A stretch of DNA of 64,000 bases from a bacterium. GTDB lineage: Bacteria; Sysuimicrobiota; Sysuimicrobiia; Sysuimicrobiales; Segetimicrobiaceae. The translations under genes were made by a program, and so were the position numbers. The stretch covers positions 250-64,249 of the forward strand of contig DASSJF010000010.1 of the NCBI GenBank assembly GCA_035691305.1, written 5' to 3'. Shown one piece after another: positions 1-9,610 of this stretch; position 1 is the stretch's first letter; each line of letters begins with the position of its first letter. The notes beneath the pieces were generated by a model, which saw nothing but the letters and a program-made list of their open reading frames with translations, had not been told where the DNA came from and did not search any database.

Positions 1-771
1 CGCCTCGTGTCCCCGTACGACCCGCAGGCGTCCGACCTCGACCACCGGCTCGCCGCGCCGACGTGGGCGCACCCGATGGGCACGGACGACCTCGGCCGGG
101 ATCTGCTCACCCGCATCCTCTACGGGGGCCGCGTGTCGCTCACCATCGGCGTCGCGGCCATGGCGCTCGCGGTGACGCTCGGGACCGCGGCGGGCGCACT
201 CGCCGGCTTCTACGGCGGCTGGGTCGACAACGTCCTGATGCGGTTCACGGATCTCGTGCTTTCGTTCCCGCAGCTCTTCGTGCTGATCGTGCTCGCGCTG
301 GTCCTGCGCAACCTCGCGCTGCCGGTGTTCCGGGGAAGCGCCGGCAGCGTGCTGCCGATCGTGCTCGTGATCGCGGTGACCTCGTGGATGCCGGTCGCGC
401 GGCTGGTGCGGGCGACGTTTCTGTCGCTGCGGGAGGCGACGTTTGTCGAGGCGGCGCGCGGGCTCGGAGTCCGCAACGGACGCATCATCGCCCGGCACGT
501 GCTGCCGAACAGCCTCGGGCCGATCATCGTCGCGGCGACGCTGCGGGTGGCGAGCTCGATCATCACCGAGTCGGGCCTGAGCTTCCTCGGATTCGGCGTG
601 CAGCCGCCGACGCCGACTTGGGGCAACATGCTGAACGCCGCCCAGGACCAGATGACGAGCGCGCCCTGGACGGCAATTTATCCGGGCCTCATGATCTTCC
701 TGACCGTGATCGCGATCAACTATCTGGGCGACGGCCTCCGCGACGCCGTCGACCCCCACCGCGTCGCGTAG
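1..771 (+). CDS. Dpp/Opp-type peptide ABC transporter permease (DppC/OppC-like), 5' end cut by window edge
   Basis: The frame of ORF 7..771 stays open back to base 1. The HPMGTDDLGRDLLTRILYGGRVSL segment is typical of DppC/OppC permeases. It is followed by hydrophobic helices and an EAA-type loop (FVEAARGLGVRNGRIIARHVLPN). The expected first TM helix lies upstream of the window. Confidence 0.85.
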   Translation, partial: RLVSPYDPQASDLDHRLAAPTWAHPMGTDDLGRDLLTRILYGGRVSLTIGVAAMALAVTLGTAAGALAGFYGGWVDNVLMRFTDLVLSFPQLFVLIVLALVLRNLALPVFRGSAGSVLPIVLVIAVTSWMPVARLVRATFLSLREATFVEAARGLGVRNGRIIARHVLPNSLGPIIVAATLRVASSIITESGLSFLGFGVQPPTPTWGNMLNAAQDQMTSAPWTAIYPGLMIFLTVIAINYLGDGLRDAVDPHRVA

Positions 772-810
772 CGCGCGTCACGCGGGCACGCCGGGCGAGG
801 TTCCCCGTCG

Positions 811-2298
811 ATGCGACGGATCCTGATTACCGAATGCATGCAGGAAATCTCGTCGTTCAATCCGGTGCCGAGCGAGTACGACAACTTCACCGTGCGCCGC
901 GGCCGGGAGATCCTGGAGCAGGGCGGGCGCAACACCGCGGTCGGGGGCGCGCTGGCGATCTTCGGCGCGCGGTCCGACGTCGCGGTGCTCCCGGTCTACA
1001 GCGCCCGGGCCGGCAGCGCGGGCCTCTTGTCGCGCGCCGGGTGGGCGCGGCTCTCGGACGAGTTCACCCGGGGCGTCGCGGCGCGGATCGCGGACGCCGA
1101 TGCCGTTTACGTGTCGATGCACGGCGCGATGGGCGCGGACGGCGAGCCGGATCCGGAAGGCTTTCTTCTCGAGCGCGTGCGCGAGGCCGCGGGCCCGGAC
1201 CGGCCGGTTGTCATCTCGCTCGATCTCCACGGCATCCTCACCGCCCGCATGCTGCGGCAGATCGACGGACTGGCCGTCTACCATACCTACCCGCATGTCG
1301 ACTTCGCCGACACCGGCGCGCGCGCGGCGCGACTCCTGCTCCGGGTCATGGACGAGCGCCTCCGGCCGGTGATCGCGCGGGTGACGATCCCGGCGCTCGT
1401 GCGCGGCGACGAGCTGCTCACCAAAACCGGATGCTACGGGGACGTCATCCGCGAGGCGCAGCGGCTCGAAGGCGAGGGACGCGCGCTGGCGGCGTCGGTG
1501 ATGATCGGCAACCCGTTCACGGATGTTCCGGAGCTGTGCAGCCAGGCCGTTGTCGTCGCGGACGGTGACGCGGCGTCGGCGTCCGCGGAGGCGGTCCGGC
1601 TCGCGCGGGAGTTCTGGCCCAACCGCTTCCGGATGCAGGCGAAGCTGATCACGCTCGACCGCGCGATCGCGCAGGCCCGCCGGATGGCCGGCCCCGTCAT
1701 CTTCACCGACGCGGCCGACGCAACGTCCTCCGGCGCGCCCGGCGACAGCAACGCGATTCTCGCGGCGCTGCTCAAAGCCGGCTACGAGCGGCCGGTGCTG
1801 GTCCCGATCGTGGACCCGCCCGCGGCGGCCGAGGCGCACCGCGCCGGCGTCGGAGAGACGATCAGGGTTCGGCTGGGCGGCGCGCTCGACGAGCGGTTCA
1901 CGCCCGTCGAGGTGACCGCGACCGTCGACATGCTGTCGTCGGGCCGCGCGAAGCTCGAGACCAGCGGCAACGCGCTCGACGCCGGGCCGAGCGCCGTCCT
2001 GCTCGTGGGAAACATGACGATCATCGTGATGAGCCGGTCGGTCAGCCTTTTCGACCGCGCGATGTTCTTCGCGCACGGGCGGGACCCGCGCGCGTACCAC
2101 CTCACCGTCGTGAAGTCGCCGTACTGTGAGTGGCACATGTTTGACGAATGGGCGGAGAAGGACTTCAACGTCGACGCGCCCGGCTCGACGAGCGCGGATC
2201 TCCGCTCGCTGGGACACCGGGTCTGCCGGCGGCCGATGTTTCCACTGGACGACGAGGTGTCGTTTGCGCCGGCGCCCGAGGTGTACCGCCGGCCTTAG
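811..2298 (+). CDS. M81 family metallopeptidase (MlrC / microcystinase C-like)
   Basis: 495 aa. The N-terminus MRRILITECMQEISSFNP, then HTYPHVDF and TDAADATSSGAPGDSN, match my memory of the MlrC (DUF1485 + MlrC_C) family. It sits between peptide ABC transporter genes. Confidence 0.7.
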   Translation: MRRILITECMQEISSFNPVPSEYDNFTVRRGREILEQGGRNTAVGGALAIFGARSDVAVLPVYSARAGSAGLLSRAGWARLSDEFTRGVAARIADADAVYVSMHGAMGADGEPDPEGFLLERVREAAGPDRPVVISLDLHGILTARMLRQIDGLAVYHTYPHVDFADTGARAARLLLRVMDERLRPVIARVTIPALVRGDELLTKTGCYGDVIREAQRLEGEGRALAASVMIGNPFTDVPELCSQAVVVADGDAASASAEAVRLAREFWPNRFRMQAKLITLDRAIAQARRMAGPVIFTDAADATSSGAPGDSNAILAALLKAGYERPVLVPIVDPPAAAEAHRAGVGETIRVRLGGALDERFTPVEVTATVDMLSSGRAKLETSGNALDAGPSAVLLVGNMTIIVMSRSVSLFDRAMFFAHGRDPRAYHLTVVKSPYCEWHMFDEWAEKDFNVDAPGSTSADLRSLGHRVCRRPMFPLDDEVSFAPAPEVYRRP

Positions 2299-2317
2299 GT
2301 GCGTCGGCCGGCGGCGG

Positions 2318-3790
2318 TCAGCGCGCCAGCGCGCCGAGCAGGCCGGCGGCGCAGGCGCGCACGGCGTCCGCGGCGCCGGGTCCGTAGAACGTGATCCCGG
2401 CCTCGAACCCGTCGCGGGCGTACTCGTCGTCCGGCATCAGGTAGCCGCCGAGGTCGTTCGCGTAGCCAATCAGGAACAGGTGCCGGAACGGGCTTCCCGT
2501 CATGACGTCGAGCCCGATCCGGCTGAACAGTTCGAACGGCACCGCGAGCAGCGCGACGTCCGGCCCGAACGCGAACGCCTGCAGCTCGAGCTCGCGGACC
2601 TCGCGTCCGACGACGCCCTGAAATTGGGCCACGCGCGCCGACCACGCCTCCGAGCGCAGCCGCAGCAGCCGTCCGACCAGCCGGGCCGTTTCTCCCTCTG
2701 CGGGGGGTGCGTCCGCGGCGTCGACCGTGCGTCCCGCCTGCCACGCCGCGACGCGGGAGGCCGGCACCCCGGCCTCGGCGAGCCGGCGCGCGACCTCCGC
2801 CGCTTCGGCATCCGTTTCGTCCGCCGACCGGAACCGCTTGTACGGTACCTGCACCGTCGCGGTGGCGGCCCGCACCGGCGGGCGCGCCCGCGCCGTGTCG
2901 TCTGCGCGCGAGGGGCCGACCGCGAGCGCCGCGCCGAGACGGGTGTTCTCGGCGCGCGGGGCCTCTCCGGCGCGGTCGAGGCGCGCGAGCAAGGAGACCG
3001 TCTCGCCGCCGAGGATGCGGCCGATGCGGCGCGCCGCCTCGAGCCCGTCCCGTCCGGCCATCACGGGATTCACGTCACCGCACGCGCCGTTTGCCGGCAG
3101 GACGACGACGCGCCGGCCGAAGATTGCGGTGACGGAATCCGCGAGCGTCCCGGGAAAGTCCGCGCTGAGCACCGGGCGCTCCCTCGAAACCAGCGTGGGG
3201 TGGCAGGCGAAGGCGGTGAGGACGGCGAGGAGCGCGCCGCCGGAATCGACGCGCAGCACGCGCAGCGTCCGGTCGACGGGTAAGGCGGGATCCCGTCGGT
3301 TCACGCTGATGCCTTCGACGGTTGCGCGCGCGGCCGTGACATGGGCCGGGTTCAATCTTTCCGCCGCGCCGGCGACGGCGCCGGCAATCTGGCGCGCCAG
3401 CAGCTCCATCAGCGCGGGGTCGCCGTTGCCGCGGGACGGCTGCAGCCGCCCGCCGCACGTGTGCGTGTGCGTCGCGCAGACCATCGTATGCGCCGGGGTG
3501 ATCCCGGTCCGCGCTTCGACGAGCCGCCGCACGTCGCGCGAGAGCTGCGGGTCGACGGCAAGAATGTCGGCGCACGCGACCGCGACCCGGGTCGTGCCGT
3601 CGCCGATCACCAGGGCGCGCGCCCGCAACGGATCGGCGATGCCGCCGACGGCCGGCGGGTTGAATCCGCTGCCGAGCGGCACGTCCAGCGGCGGCGTGAT
3701 ATCAACCTCAAAGGCTCCGGCCCGCAGGCCGGGCGGCGGCGCCGTCACGGACGCGGTCCCCTCCGGTTCGATGCAGCGGCTTCGTGACAT
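2318..3790 (-). CDS. Neutral/alkaline ceramidase-like hydrolase family protein
   Basis: 490 aa. The pattern AFEVDITPP...G...ADPLRARALVIGDG...ADILAVD...CATHTHTCGG is typical of the N-terminal domain of non-lysosomal ceramidase-like hydrolases. High GC3 coding frame. Confidence 0.6.
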   Translation of the reverse strand: MSRSRCIEPEGTASVTAPPPGLRAGAFEVDITPPLDVPLGSGFNPPAVGGIADPLRARALVIGDGTTRVAVACADILAVDPQLSRDVRRLVEARTGITPAHTMVCATHTHTCGGRLQPSRGNGDPALMELLARQIAGAVAGAAERLNPAHVTAARATVEGISVNRRDPALPVDRTLRVLRVDSGGALLAVLTAFACHPTLVSRERPVLSADFPGTLADSVTAIFGRRVVVLPANGACGDVNPVMAGRDGLEAARRIGRILGGETVSLLARLDRAGEAPRAENTRLGAALAVGPSRADDTARARPPVRAATATVQVPYKRFRSADETDAEAAEVARRLAEAGVPASRVAAWQAGRTVDAADAPPAEGETARLVGRLLRLRSEAWSARVAQFQGVVGREVRELELQAFAFGPDVALLAVPFELFSRIGLDVMTGSPFRHLFLIGYANDLGGYLMPDDEYARDGFEAGITFYGPGAADAVRACAAGLLGALAR

Positions 3791-3862
3791 AGACCGCAGG
3801 ATATTTGAGTACGTATCGAAACCAGTCCTGCGGGGCTATCCTCCTGGGGGGAGGCACTCATC

Positions 3863-5428
3863 ATGAAGACGACACGGCGGCGGTTTCTCGGGCAGGCCGC
3901 GGCGGCCGGCGCGGGAATCGCGACGATCCTCCTGCCGCGCCGCGGCGAGACGGCTCCGGCGCGCGAACTGCGCATCGCCGCGTACCAGGACGTCAGTCAG
4001 CTCGATCCGATGCGCAGCAACGACACGGCGTCGTCGGCCGTGTACGACCAGCTGTACGACCGGCTGCTGGTGCCGGACCAGAACATGCAGCCCATTCCCC
4101 AGCTCGCGGAGCGGTTCGACGCGTCGCCGAACGCCAAAGTCTGGACCTTCCACCTCCGGCGCGGGGTGCGCTTCCACGACGGCGGTACCTTGACCGCGGA
4201 CGACGTCGTCTTCTCGCTGAACCGGATTCTCGATCCGAAGAACTCGTCGCAGAAGCGCCCGCAAATCGACATGATCGATCGGGTCGAGGCGGCCGACCCG
4301 TACACGGTGCGGATCACGCTGCAGTATTCGTACTCGCCGTTTCCAGCCGCGATCGCGCTGCAGAACATCGTCAGCCGCCAGGCGGCGCAGAAATGGGGCG
4401 ACCAGTTCACGAAGCACCCGGTCGGCTCGGGCCCCTTCCAGTTCGTTGAATGGGTCCCCAACGATCACGTGACGTTCGCGCGCAACCCTCAGTACTGGGG
4501 CCGTCCGGCGGCGGTCGAGCGGCTGCTGTTCCGGCCGATTCCCGAGGCATCGACGGCGGCCGCCGAGCTGCTTTCGGGCGGCGTGGACATCGTGCAGCAG
4601 GTGACGCCCGGTACGCTCGCGCAACTGCGCGGCGCCCCCGGCATCACGATCGCCACGCAGAACACGACGTCCTACGGCTACTTCGGCTACCGCGCGGTCC
4701 GGCCCCCCTTTACCGACGTGCGGTTCCGGGAGGCGCTCTACCGGGCGTGGAGTCTGGACGCGGCCGTCAAGGCCGTCTTCCCGTCCGAAGTCGGCCGCCG
4801 CGCCTACGCCTGCGTCTCGCCGCCGATCTGGCCCGATGATACAGCGTACCTCACACAGCACGCCTTCGGGCACGATCCGGCGCGGGCCAAGACGCTCTTC
4901 GGCCAGCTAACGGAGTCGGGTGTGATGCCGCGGGACTACACGGTGAAGGTAATCTCGCTCGCCGACTACCGCGCGCGCCTGTCCGAGGTACTCGTCTCGA
5001 ACTTGAATCAGATCGGCGTCCGCGCCACCCTGCAGGTGACCGATCTCGCCACGCTGCTCAACACCCTCGTGACCAACGACAACTACATCTTCAGTTTGGT
5101 CGGGGGCGGAGGCGCGCCCGATCCCGACCAGACCCTCTACTGGCTGTTCCACTCGGGCGGCTCGCACGCGACCTTCATGAACATCAAGGATCCGGAGCTC
5201 GACGCGCGGCTGCTGCGGGCGCGGCAGGCGACGGGGCGCGAGGCGCGCGGCCGCCTGTACACGGAGATCCAGCGGTACGTGCTGCTCGAGAAGATCTACC
5301 AGGTTCCTGGCTACTACCTGAACAACACCCAGGCGTGGGGCCGCCGCGTGCGGGGCTTCAAGCCGGCGATCGTCTTCGGACGGTGGGACATCGCGACGCC
5401 CTGGGCTACGGTGCAACTCGCGGGTTGA
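3863..5428 (+). CDS. ABC transporter substrate-binding protein, family 5 (peptide/nickel type), Tat signal
   Basis: 521 aa. Twin-arginine leader MKTTRRRFLGQAAAAGAGIA. Size and FHDG..LTADDV pattern match DppA/OppA family 5 binding proteins. SD GGGAGG lies 7 nt upstream of the ATG. Confidence 0.85.
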   Translation: MKTTRRRFLGQAAAAGAGIATILLPRRGETAPARELRIAAYQDVSQLDPMRSNDTASSAVYDQLYDRLLVPDQNMQPIPQLAERFDASPNAKVWTFHLRRGVRFHDGGTLTADDVVFSLNRILDPKNSSQKRPQIDMIDRVEAADPYTVRITLQYSYSPFPAAIALQNIVSRQAAQKWGDQFTKHPVGSGPFQFVEWVPNDHVTFARNPQYWGRPAAVERLLFRPIPEASTAAAELLSGGVDIVQQVTPGTLAQLRGAPGITIATQNTTSYGYFGYRAVRPPFTDVRFREALYRAWSLDAAVKAVFPSEVGRRAYACVSPPIWPDDTAYLTQHAFGHDPARAKTLFGQLTESGVMPRDYTVKVISLADYRARLSEVLVSNLNQIGVRATLQVTDLATLLNTLVTNDNYIFSLVGGGGAPDPDQTLYWLFHSGGSHATFMNIKDPELDARLLRARQATGREARGRLYTEIQRYVLLEKIYQVPGYYLNNTQAWGRRVRGFKPAIVFGRWDIATPWATVQLAG

Positions 5429-5467
5429 CGCACCCCGCGGCCGGGATGCGCCGGTCGCGCCGCGGCG

Positions 5468-6415
5468 ATGGCGGCATACGCCCTAAAGCGCCTGGCTGAA
5501 GCGGTCCCGACGCTCGTCGGGGCTTCGGTGCTCGTCTTCGCGTTGATTCATCTGGTGCCGGGCGACCCGGCCACCGTCTACCTCGGGCTCGACGCGCGAC
5601 CGCAGGACGTCGCGGTGCTGCGCCACCACCTCGGCCTCGACCGGCCGCTCGCCGTCCAGTACTGGATTTACATGAGCCACGCGCTGCACGGCGATCTCGG
5701 CGAGTCCTACTACTACAAAGACTCGATCCTGCGTCTGGTCGCCGGCGCGCTGCCCAACACCGCGGAACTTGCGGCCGCGGCGCTCACGGTCTCGCTCCTG
5801 ATTGCCCTGCCGCTCGGCCTCGCGGCGGCGCTCCGGCCGCAGACGGCCACCGACTACACCACGACGGCGGCCGCGGTCGCCGGAGTGGCGGTGCCGGTCT
5901 TCTGGCTCGCGATCATGCTGATCTTTCTCTTCGCGGTGCGCCTGCACTGGCTGCCGGCGTCCGGACGAGGCGGGCCGGTGTGGACGGTGCCGGGCCTCGC
6001 GCATCTCGTGCTGCCCGCCCTCGCGCTCGGGCTCGGTCTCGCGGCGTCCACCGCGCGTCTCACCCGGGCCACGATGCTCGAGGTGCTCGACGAGGACTAC
6101 GTGCGCACGGCGCGGGCGAAGGGTCTCCGGCCGCGCGTCGTGACGATCCGCCACGCGCTCCGCAACGCGCTGATCCCGATCGTCACGAACCTCGGCCTGC
6201 AGATCGGCATTCTGTTGAGCGGCGCCTTCCTGACCGAGACGGTGTTCTCGTGGCCGGGCGTCGGCCGCCTCGCCGTCGACGCGATGGTGCGCCGCGACTA
6301 CCCGCTGCTGCAAGGCGTGCTGCTCGTGACCATCGTCCTCTTCATCTCCGTGAACCTCCTCGTGGACCTCGCGTACCCGGTGCTCGACCCACGGCTGCGC
6401 GGGGGGCAGGAATGA
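5468..6415 (+). CDS. ABC transporter permease (DppB/OppB-like)
   Basis: 315 aa. N-terminus ALKRLAEAVPTLVGASVLVFALIHLVPGDP is typical of DppB/OppB. EAA loop is DYVRTARAKGLRPRVVTIRHALRNALIP. Confidence 0.9.
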   Translation: MAAYALKRLAEAVPTLVGASVLVFALIHLVPGDPATVYLGLDARPQDVAVLRHHLGLDRPLAVQYWIYMSHALHGDLGESYYYKDSILRLVAGALPNTAELAAAALTVSLLIALPLGLAAALRPQTATDYTTTAAAVAGVAVPVFWLAIMLIFLFAVRLHWLPASGRGGPVWTVPGLAHLVLPALALGLGLAASTARLTRATMLEVLDEDYVRTARAKGLRPRVVTIRHALRNALIPIVTNLGLQIGILLSGAFLTETVFSWPGVGRLAVDAMVRRDYPLLQGVLLVTIVLFISVNLLVDLAYPVLDPRLRGGQE

Positions 6416-7305
6416 GCGTCGTGCTGCCGCGTGCGCCGGGGGCGGAGGGTCCGCCACGGCGCCGCCGCCGCGAGGCGTGGGATCGGTTCGCCCGGAACCG
6501 GCTCGCCCTCGCCGGCGGGGCGTTCCTCGTCTTCGCGGCCGCGGCGTGCGCCGCCGCGCCGCTTCTCGCGCACGAGAGCCCGACCGCGATGGCGTTGGCG
6601 AGCCCCTACGGACCGCCCGCGCCGGCGCACATCTTCGGGACGGACGCGCTCGGCCGCGACGTCTGGAGCCGCGTGTTGTGGGGTGGCCGGGTGGACCTCA
6701 GCCTCGCCGTCGTCGCCGTGCTGGTGGCGTCGCTCGGCGGGATCGCGCTGGGTGTCGTGACCGGCTACGGCGGCGGCGCGCTCGACGAGGTGGTGATGCG
6801 GGCGGTCGACGTCTTCCTCGCGATTCCCGAGCTGCTCCTGGCGCTCGCGCTCGTGGCTTTCGTCGGGCCGAGCATCCCGAGCGTCGTGGGCATCCTCGCG
6901 TTCAGCCGGCTGCCGCGTTACACGCGCATGGTCCGGGGTACCGTGCTCGCGCTGCGCGGGCGCGAGTTCGTCACCGCGTCGGCGGCGCTCGGCGCCTCCC
7001 GCGCTCGCCTCCTGCGCCGCCACATCGTGCCGAACCTCGCCGGCACGATCGCGGTGTACAGTACGCTCGACCTGGGCGGCGTGATCGGCGCGCTCGCCGG
7101 GCTGTCGTTCATCGGGGCCGGCGTCCAGCCGCCCGCGCCCGAGTGGGGCGTCATGCTGGCCGACGCGCGCCAGAACCTCGTGCTCGCGCCGTGGACCGCG
7201 GTTTTCCCCGGCCTTGCGATCACGATTACGATCATCGCCTTCAACGTGCTCGGGGACGGCGTGCGCGACGCGCTCGACCCCAGGATGCGGAGACGGGCCG
7301 GATAG
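6412..7305 (+). CDS. ABC transporter permease (DppC/OppC-like)
   Basis: I chose the internal ATG at 6412 in the frame of ORF 5980..7305; it overlaps the upstream stop as ATGA (6412-6415). Motifs: HIFGTDALGRDVWSRVLWGGRVDL and EAA loop EFVTASAALGASRARLLRRHIVPN. Confidence 0.85.
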   Translation: MSVVLPRAPGAEGPPRRRRREAWDRFARNRLALAGGAFLVFAAAACAAAPLLAHESPTAMALASPYGPPAPAHIFGTDALGRDVWSRVLWGGRVDLSLAVVAVLVASLGGIALGVVTGYGGGALDEVVMRAVDVFLAIPELLLALALVAFVGPSIPSVVGILAFSRLPRYTRMVRGTVLALRGREFVTASAALGASRARLLRRHIVPNLAGTIAVYSTLDLGGVIGALAGLSFIGAGVQPPAPEWGVMLADARQNLVLAPWTAVFPGLAITITIIAFNVLGDGVRDALDPRMRRRAG

Positions 7306-7437
7306 CCGCCGCCGGCAGGAGACCGCGGACCGCCCGAGATATGGCCCTCGCGATCTTCGTCTCGCTCTTCGGCGCGCGGTGACCGAGCTCGTGACATGGT
7401 CGGAGCGCCGCCCGGCGCCGTGGACGCGGCGCGACGC

Positions 7438-8553
7438 CTAGCGCTTCGCGGCCGCGCCTTCCCGCAGCGTCGCCTCCAGGGCGTCCACGACCCGGCGCAT
7501 CAGTTCGGGGTGGGCCTGCGTCCCGAGGTGGCCGACTCGGATCACCTTGCCGGAGAGCTTCTCGAGGCCGCCCGAGATCGCGAACCCCCGCGCACGCATG
7601 TTCCGGATTACGGCGTTCGCGTCCGCGCCGGCAGGGGGATAGGCAACGGTCACCGTCGGCGACGCCCACTTCGGCTCGACCGCGGGCTTGAAGCCGATCC
7701 GCTCGAGTCCATCGCGGAGCGCGGCTTGGGCGCGCCGGTGCCGCTCGAAGCGCTTCTCGAGCCCTTCGTCGAAGATGAGCTGGAGCGCCCGGTCGAGCGC
7801 GCGAATCAGGTTGCTGGGGAGCGTGACCGGATAGGGGTGATGCGCGCCCCACTCGCGCTCGAACCGCCGCCAGGTTCGGAGATTCAGGTACCAGCCGTGG
7901 GACTTGGGCTGACGATCGACAACCTCCCACCCCGCCCTCGTGATCGCCACCGGCGCGAGCCCCGGCGGACTCTCGAGGCACTTCTGCGATGCGGTGGACA
8001 CCGCGGCGAGGCCCCACGCGTCGGTTTCCACGGGCGCGCCGCCGAGCGACGAGACGGCGTCGACCGCGACGGCCGCCCCTTCCGGCCGCACCGCCGCGGC
8101 GATTTCCTTCACGGGGTTCAGCACGCCGGTCGACGTATCGCTGTGCACGACGGCAACCAGCGGCAGCTTGTGCGTCCGCACCCAGCGGCGCACCTCGTCG
8201 GGATCCGCCGCTTGGTCCCACGGCAGCTCCATCACCTCGACGTTGGGCGAGTACGCGCGGGCAATTTCCACCACGCGGGCGCCGAAGAAGCCGTTCGTGA
8301 TAACGCCCACCTTGCCGTCCGCCCCGACGAGGCTGCCGATCATCGCATCGAGGCCGCCGCTGCCGGACGCCGGAATAGGATACACGGTTCCGGCGGTCAT
8401 GAACACGCGGCGCAGCCGGGCGGTGAACGCTTCGTACACGGGCATCCAATCGGGGCCGTAGTGCTGCTCGACCTGGTGGCTCATGACCGCCAGGACCTTG
8501 TCCGAGACCGGAATCGGGCCGGGAATCAGCAGTTCCACCTTGTCCGAGTCCAT
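7438..8553 (-). CDS. Class V aminotransferase (alanine-glyoxylate / serine-pyruvate type)
   Basis: Start moved to the ATG at 8553 (MDSDKVELLIPGPIPVS...) because AGGAGG lies 7 nt upstream. LIPGP and the PLP-lysine context STASQKCL are class V aminotransferase features. 371 aa. Confidence 0.8.
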   Translation of the reverse strand: MDSDKVELLIPGPIPVSDKVLAVMSHQVEQHYGPDWMPVYEAFTARLRRVFMTAGTVYPIPASGSGGLDAMIGSLVGADGKVGVITNGFFGARVVEIARAYSPNVEVMELPWDQAADPDEVRRWVRTHKLPLVAVVHSDTSTGVLNPVKEIAAAVRPEGAAVAVDAVSSLGGAPVETDAWGLAAVSTASQKCLESPPGLAPVAITRAGWEVVDRQPKSHGWYLNLRTWRRFEREWGAHHPYPVTLPSNLIRALDRALQLIFDEGLEKRFERHRRAQAALRDGLERIGFKPAVEPKWASPTVTVAYPPAGADANAVIRNMRARGFAISGGLEKLSGKVIRVGHLGTQAHPELMRRVVDALEATLREGAAAKR

Positions 8554-8777
8554 GGCGAGGACCGACCTCCTTGGGCACGTCCGGAAGTGCTTCGTCGATG
8601 CGCGGCGGCCGGACGGCGACTGAACAATCGCCTTCGGGGAGAGGTGGAAACGCTCCTCCGTTTTCTGCATCGCGCGTGTGCCTATGGACGTCGGGGCGGC
8701 GCGGACGGGACGCGCGCGCGACAGCATCGAACTGCCCTGCACGGGGTTGTGGCGGAGGTGGCGCATTGGAGATCGAT

Positions 8778-9143
8778 ATGCCGGGCGTGTTCGAGTACCT
8801 CGCGTCAGCGCGCCACGTCGCTCCACATCGCGGCCGCGGAGTGGGCATACGTGGAGCGGCCGACCGGCCGCGACTTTCCGCTCGCCGACAGTCCGTTCAC
8901 CGAGGAGCGGATCGCCGAGTTCGAGTCGCTCGTGCGCGCGTGGAAGGCGCAGGAGCCGCGGACCGCGGCGGCGATCGCGTCGATCGCAGACCCGAAGCGG
9001 CCGGGGAGATCGCGTTGCACATGGCGCTGCACGAGGTGCACCACAGGTCGCAGGTCATGGCGATGCTGCGGCGGTGCGGCGTGCGGGCCGAGACTCTCGA
9101 CGACTCGTTCCTCGCGTTCGAGAGGACGCCGCTCAACCGGTAG
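8778..9143 (+). pseudogene. DinB-family (four-helix bundle) gene remnant, apparently frameshifted twice
   Basis: DinB-like segments lie in two frames. MPGVFEYLASARHV (from 8778) and EIALHMALHEVHHRSQVMAMLRRCG...ERTPLNR (ending 9143) are in one frame. LHIAAAEWAYVERPTGRDFPLADSPFTEERIAEFESLVRAWKAQ (about 8815-9005) is in another. The total is also shorter than typical DinB proteins. Confidence 0.4.
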
Positions 9144-9188
9144 CCGGGGGATGGAGCCGGCGGGCTACGCGCTGACCGGAGGTGGAGG

Positions 9189-9575
9189 ATGGAACGGAAG
9201 AACTATTCGTCGGGCGGAAAATGGGAGCCGGTTGTCGGGTACTCACGGGCCGTGCGCGTCGGGCAGACGGTATACGTGGCGGGGACAACCGCGGCGGGCG
9301 CCGGCGGCGCGGCGGCCGAGGGCGACGCGTATGCGCAGACGGTGCAGAGTTTGAAGACGATCGAAACGGCGCTGCGCGAGCTGGGAGCCCGGCTCGAGCA
9401 CGTTGTTCGCACCCGGATCTTCGTGACGCGCATCGAGGACTGGGAGGCGGTCGGCCGCGCGCACGGAGAGGTGTTCGGCGACATCAGGCCGGCGTGCACG
9501 CTGGTGGCGGTGGCGCGGCTTGTCGATCCGGCGCTGCTCGTGGAGATCGAGGCGGACGCGGTGATCCCCGCTTGA
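9189..9575 (+). CDS. ridA: RidA family protein (YjgF/TdcF/L-PSP reactive-intermediate deaminase)
   Basis: 128 aa. [16 protein letters not shown]...[14 protein letters not shown]...HVVRTRIFV...LVEIEADA is the RidA/YjgF pattern. SD GGAGG is upstream. Confidence 0.8.
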   Translation: MERKNYSSGGKWEPVVGYSRAVRVGQTVYVAGTTAAGAGGAAAEGDAYAQTVQSLKTIETALRELGARLEHVVRTRIFVTRIEDWEAVGRAHGEVFGDIRPACTLVAVARLVDPALLVEIEADAVIPA

Positions 9576-9607
9576 CAACGTCGATTCCATGGTTCTAATA
9601 TAATCGA
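9572..9607 (+). promoter_or_regulatory. Putative arsR-arsM promoter with overlapping inverted repeat (candidate ArsR operator)
   Basis: TTGACA (9572-9577), then 18 nt, then TAATAT (9596-9601), overlapping TATAAT (9599-9604). The arsR ATG is at 9611 with no SD between. Inverted repeat TCGATT (9581-9586) N15 AATCGA (9602-9607) spans the -10 region. Confidence 0.5.
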
Positions 9608-9610
9608 AGT

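Noticed and set aside
63-2217. Long overlapping ORFs 63..1568 (+) and 778..2217 (-)
   Set aside because: These are shadow frames over the permease and M81 peptidase genes. They are Arg/Pro-rich with no motifs and are incompatible with the well-supported genes in the same space.
7438-8826. N-terminally extended (462 aa) version of the class V aminotransferase
   Set aside because: The extension (MERRGALTRGTRTRPAYRS...) has no aminotransferase similarity. A strong AGGAGG SD precedes the internal ATG at 8553, which begins with the expected ...LLIPGP motif.
7396-9354. 652-aa plus-strand ORF
   Set aside because: Most of it is antisense to the class V aminotransferase. Only the roughly 8815-9005 part looks like real (DinB-like) coding sequence, and I report that part as a frameshifted remnant instead.
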